DNA of 63,503 nt, the filler included, from Octopus bimaculoides (Eukaryota): NCBI RefSeq assembly GCF_001194135.2. It is 4 parts of 4 records of this genome, joined end to end, with 100 filler letters (N's around TTAATTAATTAA, not from the genome) between each part and the next. Parts side by side here need not be neighbours in the genome. Positions count along the whole stretch, not along the records: positions 1 to 31,296 come from NC_068984.1; 3 more parts are not named here. The stretch is one strand, 5' to 3'. Positions 12,331 through 26,346 of the stretch are shown here, in pieces (the first letter of the stretch is position 1; each line of letters begins with the position of its first letter). A program made the translations under genes and the position numbers. The notes beneath the pieces are model-generated. The model was not told the origin of the DNA and ran no database searches. It worked only from the letters and a program-made list of their open reading frames with translations.

Positions 12331-15019
12331 AATCAGCATTGAAAGTGATTACTTTAAGAACCAGGTGAGAAAAGTTCAGGGAACTATTTTACTGCTGGCA
12401 ACAAAGGAATATTCTCCCTGAGTGAGAGGCAGATCGTATGAAGTTTATTTACAAAGCACTATATTGTATTATAGCAAAACATATGCACTGGATGTTGAAG
12501 ACATGCAAAAACTATTAAGAAATAGGACAAGCATGCTCAGTTAAATGTGTAATGTTAGTGTATGTGAATATTGAGAAACAAGTAACCTGAAAGGGAGAAC
12601 AAAGTATAAAGGAATCAACTGTTATCTGCAAGAAAGAAGACTGCATTAGTATAGACATGTAATACATATAAAGGACAATATTTTGAAAGAATACGAAAAG
12701 TTTCATACAAATGGAATCTGGAAAAGGAAGAACCTCACAAAAGAGATGACATCTTTTTGTCATTATTTTACATCAAAATCACCCAAGTATGGAAAAATAG
12801 ATGAAAAATGTTGATGTTCCATATTAAGTCTTGAGCAGCAAGTCACAACATTTGCTAATATTCTTGGGTTTTTTTTGGTTTTTTTTTTTGGTTTTTTTTT
12901 AGAATTCTGGATTTGTGCCATCAGTATGATGGCAATCTTTGCCTTTTAATCTTGGATCCCTATGTTTGGTAAATTGTCTGCTATGGTTCTCTGTGTAGAC
13001 AATAGTGACCTACTTAATTGTCATGTGGCTATCTATGGGACAGGCTCAAATCAATTTCTAATCACTTTATTTATTATATGTTTTTTTCAAATACCTTAGT
13101 GTAAGTAGCTTACTAGTTGGTTGTTTATACACTGATATTCTATTGGTGTCAACACAGGTCAACCAGCCACTATATGGCTTAATACCCATTTGGTGCTCTG
13201 TACATTCTGCATTTGCTATTTAACAATCATATTTTAAATTACATTTATAGTTTCTCTTTTGAGCTTAAGCATTAATCAGCCATGCATAGAACGCTTTATA
13301 TAAATGAGGTTCATTCAGCAGGTTTTTTGTCATCATAATCATCATCATTATTGTTGATAGAAAATACCTTCTTGTATTTCTTCTAATTCTATGTTCTGAG
13401 TTCAAATCCTCCGAGGTCAACTTTGTCTTTGAGGTCGATAAATTTCCTGTCGAATACTGGAGTTGATTTAATCTACTAACCCGAATTCCAGGTCTTCTTT
13501 TATAAGAAATCATTATCACAAAATTTTACGATGCTATTTTATGATGCTATGAATTTTATGTGTACTATCTCAGTCACATGCTAAATCTTCTGAGATTCTT
13601 CAGATTTTCATTTCTACCAGTTTCAAATTTTCTTCACTTCCTTCTGGTTTTTTTTTTTTTAAGATGATTAGGCTTGTATATATTTGTATATATTAAATAC
13701 ATATATGTTTTTTTAAATTCCTATTTTCTGATTGGCAATTTCAAATTTATCATATAAAATTCAGTTATTAGTGAACATATGTTGAGTTGTCATGTTGATA
13801 TGTTGTCCCTAATGGAAATTCAAAAAGATGTTTTAAATGCCCCAAGGCAGACTGATAGATACAACAGTGTGCAAATTAAGGGATATGGATAAAGTACATA
13901 GCTAACTACATGAAAACTAAAAGATCTTCGTATATTTTAACCTCAAGCTACAATATATCCTACCGCATTATGAATTCTAGTAAATCTGATTATTATTTGG
14001 TGAGATGAGAGTGGAACCCATTTTTCTGTGAACATATTACTGGCCATACATACATGTATGTATGTATAAAATTTGATATTATTATTATTATTATTATTAT
14101 TACACTGCAATGTTTATAATATATTTATGTAACAATAAGAAACAAATGGATGGATTATCTGGTATTACTGAAGTTATTTCATTAAGAAATTTTCTTGCAT
14201 TGTAATAACAGGCAGGTAGGTATGTATGAAATGCTACATCTATGAGATATTACAAAGCACAACAGAAAGTCTCTCAAATCTTCAGGCTGCACTGTTGCAT
14301 AAGAGCAAATATTGATGTACTCCTTGTATATATAGATGTTACAATTCAATAAAACCTCTTAATGAAACAATTATAGGGATTCCATATAATCCATTTGTTT
14401 GTTTCTGTTGTTCTCCTCAACTTTGGATACTCTTGGAGTTGCAGATTACCAAGTGCCAGTATACTTCCTAGATTCTTTATTGAGTGTGTGTGTGTGTGTG
14501 TGTGTAACAAATAAACTAACTATTGTTAAGATTGTCAAATTTAACTATAGAAAGAAGAAAAAAGCTCAGTCACTTATTTAATTCAGCAAGTCAGGCATAC
14601 ACACACATCTAATAGATACATGGTACTTTGAAATCTATTTCTTTAGTTCTGATTACTTATAAATCAATAAATAAACTTCACTGACATGAGAAACTCGGTA
14701 AGATTTGCATTTTATGTTTGGTATTTATTATGCACTAGAAAAAAGTTATATTCTCTCGGGAATGAAATTTGCATGAATACAATATCTCTTTTTTATTGTT
14801 TCTTTTACAGAAATGGTTTGTTTGATTTTTCAGAATCCTATGGCATAAATTACTAGTTTATTATTTTAATGCTGTTACATTGCCAAAGACTATAGATCTT
14901 GGGATTTGCTTGTAGTATATTCCTAGCAGTAATGTGTGATATTTCCCTCTTTCATTGCTTTTTTTTAGTTAGACCTCCTACAGTACAAATAGAATAAGAT
15001 ACTTCAAATGAGTGGTATC

Positions 15020-15300
15020 TACACAGGTGTGACAGTGTGGTAAGAAGGTTGCTTCCCAACCACACAGCTTAATTCCACTGCACAGCACCTAAGCCTTATG
15101 AGTGCATTTCATAGATAGAAATTGAAGGAAGATGAACATGTGTGTGTCTTTGTGTTTCTGTTTGTCTCCTACCATCACTTGTTTACACCCCTGTAACTTA
15201 GTGATTCAGCAAAAGAGACCAATAGAATAAGTACCAGACTTCAAAGAAATTAATCACTAGTGCCCCATCATGGCCACAGTCCAATGATTAAAACTAGTTA
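15020..15300 (+). mobile_element. SINE family A, diverged copy
   Basis: GTGTGGTAAGAAG..CTTCCCAACCAC...GTAACTTAG...ATGGCCACAGTCCAATGA. Confidence 0.65.
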
Positions 15301-15500
15301 AAGATAACTGTTTAATACATAGCATCTTAAATGACCTATTACTAATTAATGTCCACATGGTGGTCTCTTAGTCTATAGGATTGTACATGTGGATTATGTA
15401 TTTGATGCTTTGGCCGTCACTGAAGATTGAAATGTTAAAAAAAGTAAACTACTAAACTGAAATAAACCAGAAATAATTTTCTACTTTATTTAGATCAGTG

Positions 15501-15540
<40 letters not shown>

Positions 15541-15797
15541 NNNNNNNNNNNNNNNNNNNNNNNNNNNNNNNNNNNNNNNNNNNNNNNNNNNNNNNNNNNN
15601 NNNNNNNNNNNNNNNNNNNNNNNNNNNNNNNNNNNNNNNNNNNNNNNNNNNNNNNNNNNNNNNNNNNNNNNNNNNNNNNNNNNNNNNNNNNNNNNNNNNN
15701 NNNNNNNNNNNNNNNNNNNNNNNNNNNNNNNNNNNNNNNNNNNNNNNNNNNNNNNNNNNNNNNNNNNNNNNNNNNNNNNNNNNNNNNNNNNNNNNNN

Positions 15798-15855
<58 letters not shown>

Positions 15856-18800
15856 AAACTAAAATAACATCAATAAAAACATAATCATGGAAAAAGCGGA
15901 TCATGTTTCTTCTTCATTGCATTTTGTTTCTATCACTGTTCAGAAATGAATAATTATTGTATTCAAGTCAATACTCCACACAGTTAAATACTTTATGGTT
16001 TATTAGAGAACTGTGTTGAGTTTTCCTAATGATGTTAATTGCATATTAAATTATCCTGTTTCTTCACTCTTCTGTTGTGGTTAAAGATTATCTATAAAAA
16101 ACTTTGTCCATCAGCTTACCAGACACCATCATATTAAATATATTCACTGTTGAGTTCATCACAGTTATTTATAATTAATAGAGGTTCTTTTGAGAATTAA
16201 CTTCTTTCACAGTTTGGTTTTCTTTATTAAAGTTCAGCTACTTATTCACCTCTTGTCATAATCTCCCACCTTTAGAGCCATGCTAGAGAACTAAGAGTCT
16301 GTGGAATTCATACCTTTCTTAATAGAGCCAATGATGTAAATGAGACAAAAGAGATTCAAAATTGTGTTGCAACAAATTTAAAACTTACTACTGTTTTACA
16401 AAGTGGCCACCAGTAAATAGATTAATCACAAAGTCTTAATTGAGCAACTTAAGTGCATTGTTTCATGATCTCAGAGGTTTACCATTCACGTCTATGATTA
16501 TCATTCCTTAAGAAGGTGGGTACCATGAAGTGTCCACTTATCATAATGGTTTTTGTACTCTGCAGAAAAAAATTGATATGTTAGGTTAGAAGAACAAAAT
16601 GAAGTTGCAACAGTCACACTGAAACTGAAACAGAGTTTGCCTGCAACAGAATTAAAGAGACCATTCTGTTTTGTACCAGCTTTTATTCAGTTTTTTTCTT
16701 GAAATATTGCTCAATTTCTCTGTATCAGAAAGGCGATGTAGGGAGGGGTTTTCCTTGCAAGAGGCAGTCTAAAACCACTGAGCATGTTGCTTCCATTATT
16801 TAGGTAGGTAGAATGGGAGTGGCCTTGTAGGGATAGTCTATTTCCTTGGTGCTACACTACATAAGTTAACTGCTAAGGGAACTTATTCTGATAGGCTAAC
16901 AGCAAATAAGTGCTGGGAGTGGGAGAGTGTTTAAATCCTAACCTTCTAAGTTATTAAATGGGTTAATATTAATTTCAACTTATAGATATAAGAAATAGAT
17001 AGCTTAAACATAGAAGCCTTATAAATACATGTAAGAAAAAAATGAAATATTTTCCACTTATCTTTTCTTTGTTTGCATGTTTCCAGCCAGTATTATTTAA
17101 CTTCTACCATTTTTAGCAAGTATATGATGTCACTACCCTATTCTCTCTCTTCATTCCATCCTTTACATAATGCACTCCAACACACTGCAGGCACTAGAAA
17201 GTCTGTCCTTGAAAAGACTAAAGGGTCCTCTCCATCTTATGCTGGCTTCAATATTCTTTCCCTTTAGTGTGGTTTTTACAGCTGGATGCCATCTTGTATT
17301 TAGATGGTGTCGTGGTAGGGCTTAATTGTCAGGTATGGTGGTGGGAGTGGGCAAATGAAGGAACCAACTAAAAAGATGACATATGTTCCTCTTAGTCCAT
17401 TTGTACATCATTGTTTAATCACACTAGTAATTAGTAGAGCATGCACACCTCCATTCTTTCCAACTTTCACTTATCCTCAACATTCAATATCCATGAAAAA
17501 TAGCAGTTCATGCACAAGCATTATACAATCTGCCATTCTCTTGGAGGAACCTTTGTTGCCAACAGAAAGGTAATAGCTTTTTGAACTCCCCTCCCCCTCT
17601 GTATTAAACAATAAGTTACATAATAGAATAAATGACTATGATGTGGTGAAATTAAAGAGAGATACTTCCATTGAGATGTTCTATACTGGAAAAGATTAAG
17701 AAGGCAAATATTGATTTCAGAGCATAGCTTTTAAATACAATGAGCAATCAGAAATTCAGATGGAATAGAATGAATAAATTTATTATTCATGATAAATATG
17801 AATGATAGGGAAATAAATCATGACAATAAGCAAAAAATAAATTTAATTTGTTTTTGTCAATTTTCCATTAAAACCATGTTGTAATGACTTTCACAGATTT
17901 TGGAAAGCAGAAACAGGATGAGATGATGTCATGATATGATATTTATGCATACATTTACATAATGGGCTTCACAAACACAATTTATTATGTTACTGTTTGT
18001 TGCTGGTTAGTATAGGAACAGAATCAGTATGCAATTCATGCCATAGTATGGAATTAATTTTATACCTTGGTTTATTGATCAAGAGGTTGATTACTTCTAT
18101 TCAAATTACATATTAAAAAAACAACAACTTTGTAACACTATTTAGCATCTTAAAGTGGTGCCATGTCCTTTGTGGGGTTGCTGTCTGCAATCTGATTTTC
18201 ATTGTAAGTTGGAGCTGTTTCACTTCATTCACACTGTCAATGCCCACAACAAGAGCATGATTGTCAGTGATTCATTTCCCTTTTCCCACTCAAGTGAATA
18301 TTTTCGTTGAATGATACTTCCTGGCAAATGATAGGCCTTGTAGAGTGAAAACGTTTTAGTTTTTTTTTTTTTTATACCATAATGTTGCAAAGGCAATTTA
18401 TGGGGAGTACAGTGGCTTGTTTTCTTTTTTCTTCCAAGTTTCATAATGATTGTCCTGAATATATCAAAGCAAACACTCTTCCCATTATTTTTAATATGTT
18501 TGCATTCAGTCTTGCTTTTATGTTCTGACGAGGAAAGGAGTGTGCCCATAGCCTTTATTAGCCCCATAGGGAGTGTGAGTGCAGAAGAGAGGGGTATGTT
18601 AATGTGAAGTCAGTGTGTTTTACTTTGTATCTCTTTCATAGTGTGTGCTGTTTTGTGATTGGTGGAAACAAACTGAACAGGTACTGACTGAGTTCCTGTG
18701 CAATGTTCATTAAAAGAGGAGAAATATTGTATATATTTCTTATTTTCACACACACATGTGCACACTTAAACTTAGCATGTGAGGTAAAATTTATCTTCAC

Positions 18801-20035
18801 AAAACAATGAAAATTTTCAATTTTCTTGCATTTGCAACTTTATTACTGTGCCATTCTGTGTAAATTACACTCATTAAAGTTTTACATTAGTTCATATCCA
18901 TCTTACAGAGTCTGTACCTAGCTTTAATAGTTCCAAAAGGTTTTTTTTTAAAGATAATATAAAGATCATCATCATCATCATCATCATCGTTTAATGTCCC
19001 CTTTTCATGCTAGCATTTATGTATGTCTCTCTCTGTCACTGCCTTTTCTCTTTTCACCATACCTTGCATCATCTCCCTATTTTTTTTATCTATCTATGGT
19101 ATGATGTGAGATGGAGCAAATTACACTGTTTCTCTCTGTCCCCCCCCCCCCTTATATGTTACCACCTACCTTCGCCTCCTTCATGGTCCACTCCTATTTT
19201 CCATTAAATTCCCAAACTGAGATTCACCATTGTCCACATCTCCATCCTTGTTCATCATTCACTGCATTCACTTCTATCCTTATTTCTACTGGCCATTACA
19301 CTCCTTTCACACTCTTGCAAATCTGCCCAGCCAGCCATCCTTGATTCTTGGTCCCTATTCCCTCTTTATCCACCTTCTTGTACTGTGAGGGTATGCCCTG
19401 ACATCTCATCTCCACCATCTTTTCTTTCTTTCCCACTGGGGTAGCTATGTATCTCTTTTACAGGAGGACACCTGCTTTTGTGTCTCTTCTCTCAACACCT
19501 GGCACATAGTTACTTCCTTCAATACTGCACCCCTGCTTTGTCATGTGGTCTTGATGTGTAAGTTACTTGGTGACCTCACTAATGCCAGTGCCATGAAAAA
19601 AGCACCCAGTACACCCTGTAATCTGGTTGGTGTTAAGGGCATTGTTACTAAAGTTATGTTGGAACCCAACAGAACCCTCTAGCTTGTCAGATCCTGTCAA
19701 ACCATTCAACCCATGCTAGCATGGAATACAGGCATTAAAAATTATGATGATGGTGAATGTTATAATTCTAACTCTAAAATTGAGCCAGTATTTATTCCAC
19801 TTCTGTATTCAGCAGATGAGTGATACATCTTCCATCAATAAGATGCTGATCCGTTTCTCTCTCCTTTACAAACAGACAACCTGTTGTCTTCATTTTTTTT
19901 TCATGCTGGTATGTTGTGTGTGCGTATGTGTGTAGTATTTATTCAAAGATGAGGCATCACCACTCTGAGTCCAAATGAATGAATAAACTCTATCACATAT
20001 ATTGAATATTTTTTCTCTTGTCTGTACATCCTAAC

Positions 20036-20077
<42 letters not shown>

Positions 20078-20087
20078 NNNNNNNNNN

Positions 20088-20134
<47 letters not shown>

Positions 20135-20972
20135 AGTCCTATATTTTGCTATAAGAATCATAGCAAAGTCCATTTCTAATTTGCCTTTGTCAACATGAAA
20201 TTGTACTAGTCTCTTTTGTAACACCACAATAGTTGTGCAGTGAATAGTGTAGCCAAGCAACTTAATCCTACTGTTCAAGTATGTGGTTTTATTTTGTCCC
20301 CACCAATCTCTTAGAATCCAACCTCTTTTGCTGGCATCTAGCCCAAGCTAGTTAAGTGAAGAATTTAAATGACATGATTTAATTTTTGGGAAAAAAAACA
20401 AACTCAAATTTAAATTCACATTCCAATAAATTTGACTATAATTCAAAAATCTTTTGTTTAAAAAAATAAAACTTGCATGCTGAGTGGTGTGAAAGAACTA
20501 GTTTATGATTTGTAGAATATAAAATGGTTCAGTTAATTCTACAAATTCAGTGAAGTTCTGTGAATTATCAGGAGTATATTGTCTGGAGAGAAAGTGTGAT
20601 GTAGGTCAGCATGAGTGTATATCTATCGTGTGGTAAAGGTTTGGTGTAGGGCAGCATTCTTGACATCAACTGCTATAAGTATATCAGTGAAATTGCCGAG
20701 CAAACTGACACGGGGAATGTTTTCCACATGTATCATCATCATCATTGTCTGAAATCAGGATTAGTGAACGCATCCACTGCACTTCTACTTTATGGCATTT
20801 GACCTATCGCTAATGTTGCTAACCTCTTGTCTCGCTCAAGTTATCAATACAGTTAGATCTATTGACAATATACTGTCGATTAAGAGTCATATTACAGTGA
20901 AGGATTTCATATAAAACTTTTTTTTTATATTCCTCTAAATCTGCCTTGTTAATGTATCTGCTATTGTCTATG

Positions 20973-21358
20973 CTTCTTTACTCCTTTACTTGTTTCAGTC
21001 ATTTGACTGCGGCCATGCTGAAGCACCGCCTTTAGTCGAGCAAATCGACCCCAGGACTTATTCTTTGGAAGCCTAGTACTTATTCTATCGATCTCTTTTG
21101 CCGAACCGCTAAGTTACGGGGACGTAAACACACCAGCATCGGTTGTCAAGCAATGGTGGGAGGACAAACACATACACACACACATATATATACATATATA
21201 CGACGGGCTTCTTTCAGTTTCCGCCTACCAAATCCACTCACAAGGCTTTGGTCGGCCCGAGGCTATAGTAGAAGACACTTGCCCAAGGTGCCACGCAGTG
21301 GGACTGAACCCAGAACCATGTGGTTGGTAAGCAAGCTACTTACCACACAGCCACTCCT
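20973..21358 (-). mobile_element. tRNA-derived CORE-type SINE (family A, octopus OR2-like), near full length
   Basis: Minus strand reads AGGAGTGGCTGTGTGGTAAG...GGGTTCAGTCCCACTGCGTGGCACCTTGGGCAAGTG (CORE-like), then an internal (TA/TG)n and a GTAAAAGA-type tail. Many copies in the window. Confidence 0.85.
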
Positions 21359-21374
21359 GTATCTGCTGTATCTT

Positions 21375-21725
21375 TTATCTTTTACTTCTTTCAGTCATTG
21401 AACTGTGGCCATGCTGGGGCACTGCCTTGAAGGGTTTTAGTCAAACAGATCGATCTCAGTACCTTTTTTTTTTTTTTTTAAAGTCTGATACTTATTCTCT
21501 CACTGAACCACTAAGTTCTGGGGACACTGGTTGTCAAGTGGTGATACATGAACACACACATATACACACACAACAAGCTTCCATGCAATTTTCGTCTATT
21601 AAATTCACTCACAATATATTGGTCACCATGGGGCTATTGTAGAAGACACTTACCCTAGGTACTGTGCAGTGAGAATGAACCATAATTCACATGGTTGCAA
21701 AGTGAGCTTCTTAGCCTTACAGCCA
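21375..21725 (-). mobile_element. SINE family A, diverged copy adjacent to the 20973-21358 copy
   Basis: Same motif order with many substitutions. Confidence 0.7.
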
Positions 21726-21760
21726 TATTCAAGCTTTGTTTAAGAATTGTACTAGTTTAG

Positions 21761-21980
21761 CCCTTAAGTGTTTAAACCAGCCATATCCAGCCCAAATATA
21801 CTACATGATTTATATTCAAACTGGCCATATCTAGACTCTCACACCTAACCTACAGTGACATTCTAAAAATAAACAATCATATCATTGAAACCTCAAAGCT
21901 ATAACATAATGCATGATTAACTCAAAACAATTTGAATGGAAAAGTATCACACCTAACAGAATAATCTGAACACTAAAGGG
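21761..21980. mobile_element. piggyBac-type MITE (CCC...GGG termini) with a TTAG/TTAG flanking duplication
   Basis: TTAG|CCCTTAAGTGTTTAAAC ... CACTAAAGGG|TTAG. Imperfect short TIR and a 4-bp direct flank. Confidence 0.6.
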
Positions 21981-22229
21981 TTAGGGAAATAGGATGTAAA
22001 GATAGAAAGGCTGTCATTGAATTGATAAGACCAAAACAAGTAATATTATTACCCTTGACATCAGCAAGATCTTTGAGTGTGCCTCAAGCAGTGAGAATTT
22101 GTAAGTTAAGTTGCTTGCTTAAGGAAGGATTTCAGTCATATCTTAAATCATAACTTTCCTAACTTGGTGCTCTATCACAATGTATATTGACAGGGCCAGT
22201 CTCTTACCTGTATTCTATCAATTCTGAGT

Positions 22230-22450
22230 TTTGCAAGTGGTAGATGGAAACTGTGCAGAAGCCAGTTGTATATGTGTGTGTCTGCATTTTGTGTCCCCAC
22301 CATTGCTTGATAACTGGTGTTAGTTTGTTTACGTCCCTGTAACTTAGTGGTTCGGCAATAAGTACCAGACGGGTTGATTTGTGCAACTAAACCTTTCAAG
22401 GCAGTACCCCAGCATGACCACAGTCCAATGACTGCTACAAGTCAAAGAGG
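22230..22450 (+). mobile_element. SINE family A, 3' part
   Basis: GGTAGATGGAAACTG...GTTTACGTCCCTGTAACTTAGTGGTTCGGCAA...CCAGCATGACCACAGTCCAATGACT. Confidence 0.65.
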
Positions 22451-22769
22451 TAAACAAATTCCTGAATTTGGACTGCCTCTTTTACACATAAATTAACTGG
22501 CAGAAATGGGTCGTAATAGGGGTTATGTAGAGATCAACAGACTATATGATTCCATCAATTTTATTTGCTGTACAATAATTCTAATATGACCAAAACATGA
22601 AACCGAATATTTATTTCCTAGAATTAAAACATTTTATCACAGGAGGAACGTCAAGATATATCAAAGTTCACGTGAGTAAACTTTGCACTCACAATAAAAT
22701 ACTAAAAATGCCTGGAGATATTGTTGTTGTTTTTTTGTTTTTTAAATTTGTACTGTACTTATAACTTAG

Positions 22770-22809
<40 letters not shown>

Positions 22810-23549
22810 ACCTGCAGCTATAAACTGCAGATTTCCATGGCCAAATTTACCACACACATACCCCTGCCCCCATCCTTTTATTTATTGGAAGAATGCTAGT
22901 TATTTAGATACATTGAATGTCTCCTACTCTTTGTTCTAATTTTACACACACACACACATTATTGTTGTGTATTTATTTAAAATGTAACTTTACATTGTGA
23001 CTCAGTTGTTGTTCACCAGATACTTTACTTTTACACAGGTACACTCATTATGGTTTGCAGTTTTTAATATAGTTAATAGCAGAGTTGGTGTTTAGGGTTT
23101 CCTGTTTTTCTTTTTATACTCTTCTCTATTTGTAAGTGAGATTCTGTTAGAACTTCCTCATTCTTTCTACATCTTCTGCCATCTGTTACACACTGATGCA
23201 TTGCTATGACTACTACCATACACATATATATGATATTCTCCCTTTATCTTGCCTCGTCTTCCTACAACCATAAAGACACTTTCTTAGAAGATAACTTCCT
23301 TTTCTTTTTATTTCTGTTCTACTTCCATTTTTTCTGCCCCTTTTTTTTTTATCTTCTGTTTAATTAGCTTGAAAATGTATACTTTTTAGTTTGGCTTAGA
23401 ATAATCAAGTTTATGACAATTTAATTCATTAAGCAATGACATGAAGTTATTCCTTTTGTACATAGTTTTTGGTCATAATTAGTTGAGTTTGGTAAGATTG
23501 AACTGACTTCAAGCAGTATAGAGATGTGTGTTTTCTGTTTATTGCCTGA

Positions 23550-23888
23550 AGCTTGCTTCCAAACCACATTGTTCTTGGGCAAATGTCTTCTACTTTAGCC
23601 CTAGGCTGACCAAAGCCTTGTAAGTGGATTTGGTAGATGGAAACTGAAAAAAGTCTATCATATATATATATCTGCGTGTCATTGTATATCTTTATCCCCC
23701 ACCTCTGCTTGACAATTGGTGTTGATTTGTGTATGATCCCATAACTTAGCTGTTCGGCAAAGAGACCGATAAAATAAACACCGGGCTTTTAAAAAGAGTA
23801 CTGAGGTCAATTCATTTGACTAATAACTCTTCAAAGTGGTGCCCCAGCATGGCCACAACCCACTGACTGAAACGAGTAAAAGATAAAA
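23550..23888 (+). mobile_element. SINE family A, diverged copy
   Basis: CTTGGGCAAATGTCTTCTAC...GACCAAAGCCTTG...CCAGCATGGCCACA...ACTGAAACGAGTAAAAGATAAAA. Confidence 0.7.
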
Positions 23889-24157
23889 TCTGAGGATATG
23901 AAGGACATACATACATCAGTTTTACTACTTGAGTTTACTAAGTGTATATGAACTTCTTGAATGAATCCTCCTGTTTCTATCCTAACATCCTTGCTGCCAT
24001 ATATTAAACATGTAAAAAGAATCATCATTTTAAAATATTGTTTGTTGTTTACTTCAACTTGATACCCAATATGGTCATTTTATAGAGACTGTCTTTTATA
24101 TATAGTTTTGATTTTAAATAATAAACATATTTGTTACAGTTAATATTTTTCCACACT

Positions 24158-24217
24158 AACAGCAATTTATTCCGTTAATATTCATTCAACAGCAGTTTAT
24201 TCTGTTAATATTCATTC
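24158..24217. repeat. 30-bp tandem duplication
   Basis: AACAGCAATTTATTCCGTTAATATTCATTC followed by AACAGCAGTTTATTCTGTTAATATTCATTC. Confidence 0.85.
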
Positions 24218-24819
24218 TGTTGGCAGCAACTACAATAACAACAAGACTAACTATTAAACTACCAAGTCTTGAATTGAAATTTTACACTGCCTAACTGAAA
24301 ACAGGACCACTCCCACTTCACAGTTCAGTAATCAGCCTAAGCTATGTTAAACACATGTTCCAGCAATTCACATGTAAATTGTACAAACCAAATGTTGTGC
24401 AGAATCATCCTACCTAGACTCATAGCAACATTGATGTAAATTCTATTAGAGCAAATATAGTAGAATGAGACCTGGAAAATCTTTGTATTTGAATAGTTGT
24501 ATTATTTATAGTTTGAGCGAGAGTATGTCATAAATGGCTATGAAAGCTTTTTTGAGAGAGGCTTCACTGCTGAAATGTTGATAGTGAATTATATATATAT
24601 CTGTAATAACGCTTTACATATTAAGTCATAGTAAATTGGTATTGTAACTGAATAGTTTACAAAACATCACAAGTGTTATAGATTGATCTACACATGTATA
24701 TCAGCATCATGCTGTCTTATTTATTGTTTTAGTTTTTTCCTAGAACTTTATTGATTGGACGAGGCACTTGCGATGTACAAAGTTGATTACATTTTAAAGC
24801 CCTTGACAACAGATTTCTC

Positions 24820-25013
24820 TCTACTCTCTCTTTTACTCTTTTACTTGTTTCTGTCATTTGACTGTGGCCGGGCTGGAGCACCGCCTTTAGTCGAGCAAAT
24901 CGACCCCAGGACTTATTCTTTGTAAACCTAGTACTTTATTCTATTGGTCTCTTTTGCCGAACTGCTAAGTTACGGGAACGTAAACACACCAGCATCGGTT
25001 GTCAGACACACAA

Positions 25014-25090
<77 letters not shown>

Positions 25091-25256
25091 CATATATACA
25101 ACGGGCTTCTTTTAGTTTCCATCTACCAAATCCACTCACAAGGCTTTGGTCGGCCCGAGGCTATAGAAGAAGACACTTGCCCAAGGTGCCACGCTGTGGG
25201 ACTGAACCCGGAACCATGTGGTTGGTAAGCAAGCTACTTACCACACAGCCACTCCT
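24820..25256 (-). mobile_element. SINE family A, near full-length young copy
   Basis: Highly similar to 20973-21358, with an expanded internal (CA)n. Confidence 0.85.
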
Positions 25257-25587
25257 CATTTATCTATTTTTTTTTGTTGTTGTTTCAGTCACTGGACTGT
25301 GCCCATACTGTGCCAGGTGATGAGAGGGTAGAGTATGAATGGAGTGACTGAAATAGGTATCTTGCTATTCATGACTACCTCAGCTGGGGAGAGACAAAAA
25401 ACAAGATGGTAGAGTGGGCTTCTACACAGTTTCCATCTACTAAATTCACTCACAAGAAATTGGTTAGCCTGAAGCTAACTCGCCCAAGGAGCTGTGCAGT
25501 AGTTTTGAACTCAAAAAATACATGATTATAAAGTAATCTTCTTGACTTGTGCCTACAATTTTGTAAATATATATAATATATAAAAAT

Positions 25588-25860
25588 ATCATCATCATCA
25601 TCATCGTTTAACGTCCGCTTTCCATGCTAGCATGGGTTGGACGATTTGACTGAGGACTGGTGAAACCGGATGGCAACACCAGGCTCCAATCTAATTTGGC
25701 AGAGTTTCTACAGCTGGATGCCCTTCCTAACGCCAACCACTCAGAGAGTGTAGTGGGTGCTTTTACGTGTCACCCGCACGAAGGCCAGTCAGGCGGTACT
25801 GGCAACGGCCACGCTCGAAATGGTGTCTTTTATGTGCCACCCGCACAAAAGCCAGTTCAG
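25588..25860 (-). mobile_element. (ATC)n-tailed SINE or RTE-tail element (family C)
   Basis: Minus strand reads ...TTAGGAAGGGCATCCAGCTGTAGAAAC...CATGCTAGCATGGAAAGCGGACGTTAAACGATGATGATG. Fragments also at 17240-17300, 18965-19020 (-) and 19560-19755 (+). Confidence 0.75.
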
Positions 25861-26346
25861 GGGCACTGACAACGATCTCGCTCGAAAACCCTACGANNNN
25901 NNNNNNNNNNNNNNNNNNNNNNNNNNNNNNNNNNNNNNNNNNNNNNNNNNNNNNNNNNNNNNNNNNNNNNNNNNNNNNNNNNNNNNNNNNNNNNNNNNNN
26001 NNNNNNNNNNNNNNNNNNNNNNNNNNNNNNNNNNNNNNNNNNNNNGTGCCCCCACGTGTCACCCACAAGAAGGCCAGCCAGGCGGCACTGGCAACGGCCA
26101 TGCTCATCTCGCTTGAGAAACCTCATGTGTCACCCGCACAAGAGCCAGTCCAGGGGCACCAGCAACGATCTCGCTCAAAAAACCTCATGTGTCACCCGCA
26201 CAAGAGCCAGCCCAGGGGCACCGGCAACGATCCCGCTTGGAAAGATTTCATGTGTCGCCCGCACATGAGCCAATCCAGGGGCACTGGCAACGATCCCGCT
26301 CGAAAGATTTCATGTGTCGCCCGCACATGAGCCAGTCCAGGGGCAC
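25765..26346. repeat. About 62-bp GC-rich minisatellite arising in the family C element (spans a gap)
   Basis: Unit GTGTCACCCGCACAAGAGCCAGTCCAGGGGCACCAGCAACGATCTCGCTCAAAAAACCTCAT; units start at 26127, 26189, 26252 and 26314, with more before the gap. Confidence 0.9.

Noticed and set aside
20973-21358. tRNA gene at the SINE heads (A/B-box-like motifs)
   Set aside because: These are tRNA-derived SINE promoters followed by SINE body and tail; no complete cloverleaf.
25765-26346. Regular repeat array as a CRISPR array
   Set aside because: The units are contiguous tandem copies without unique spacers, in eukaryotic DNA with no cas genes.
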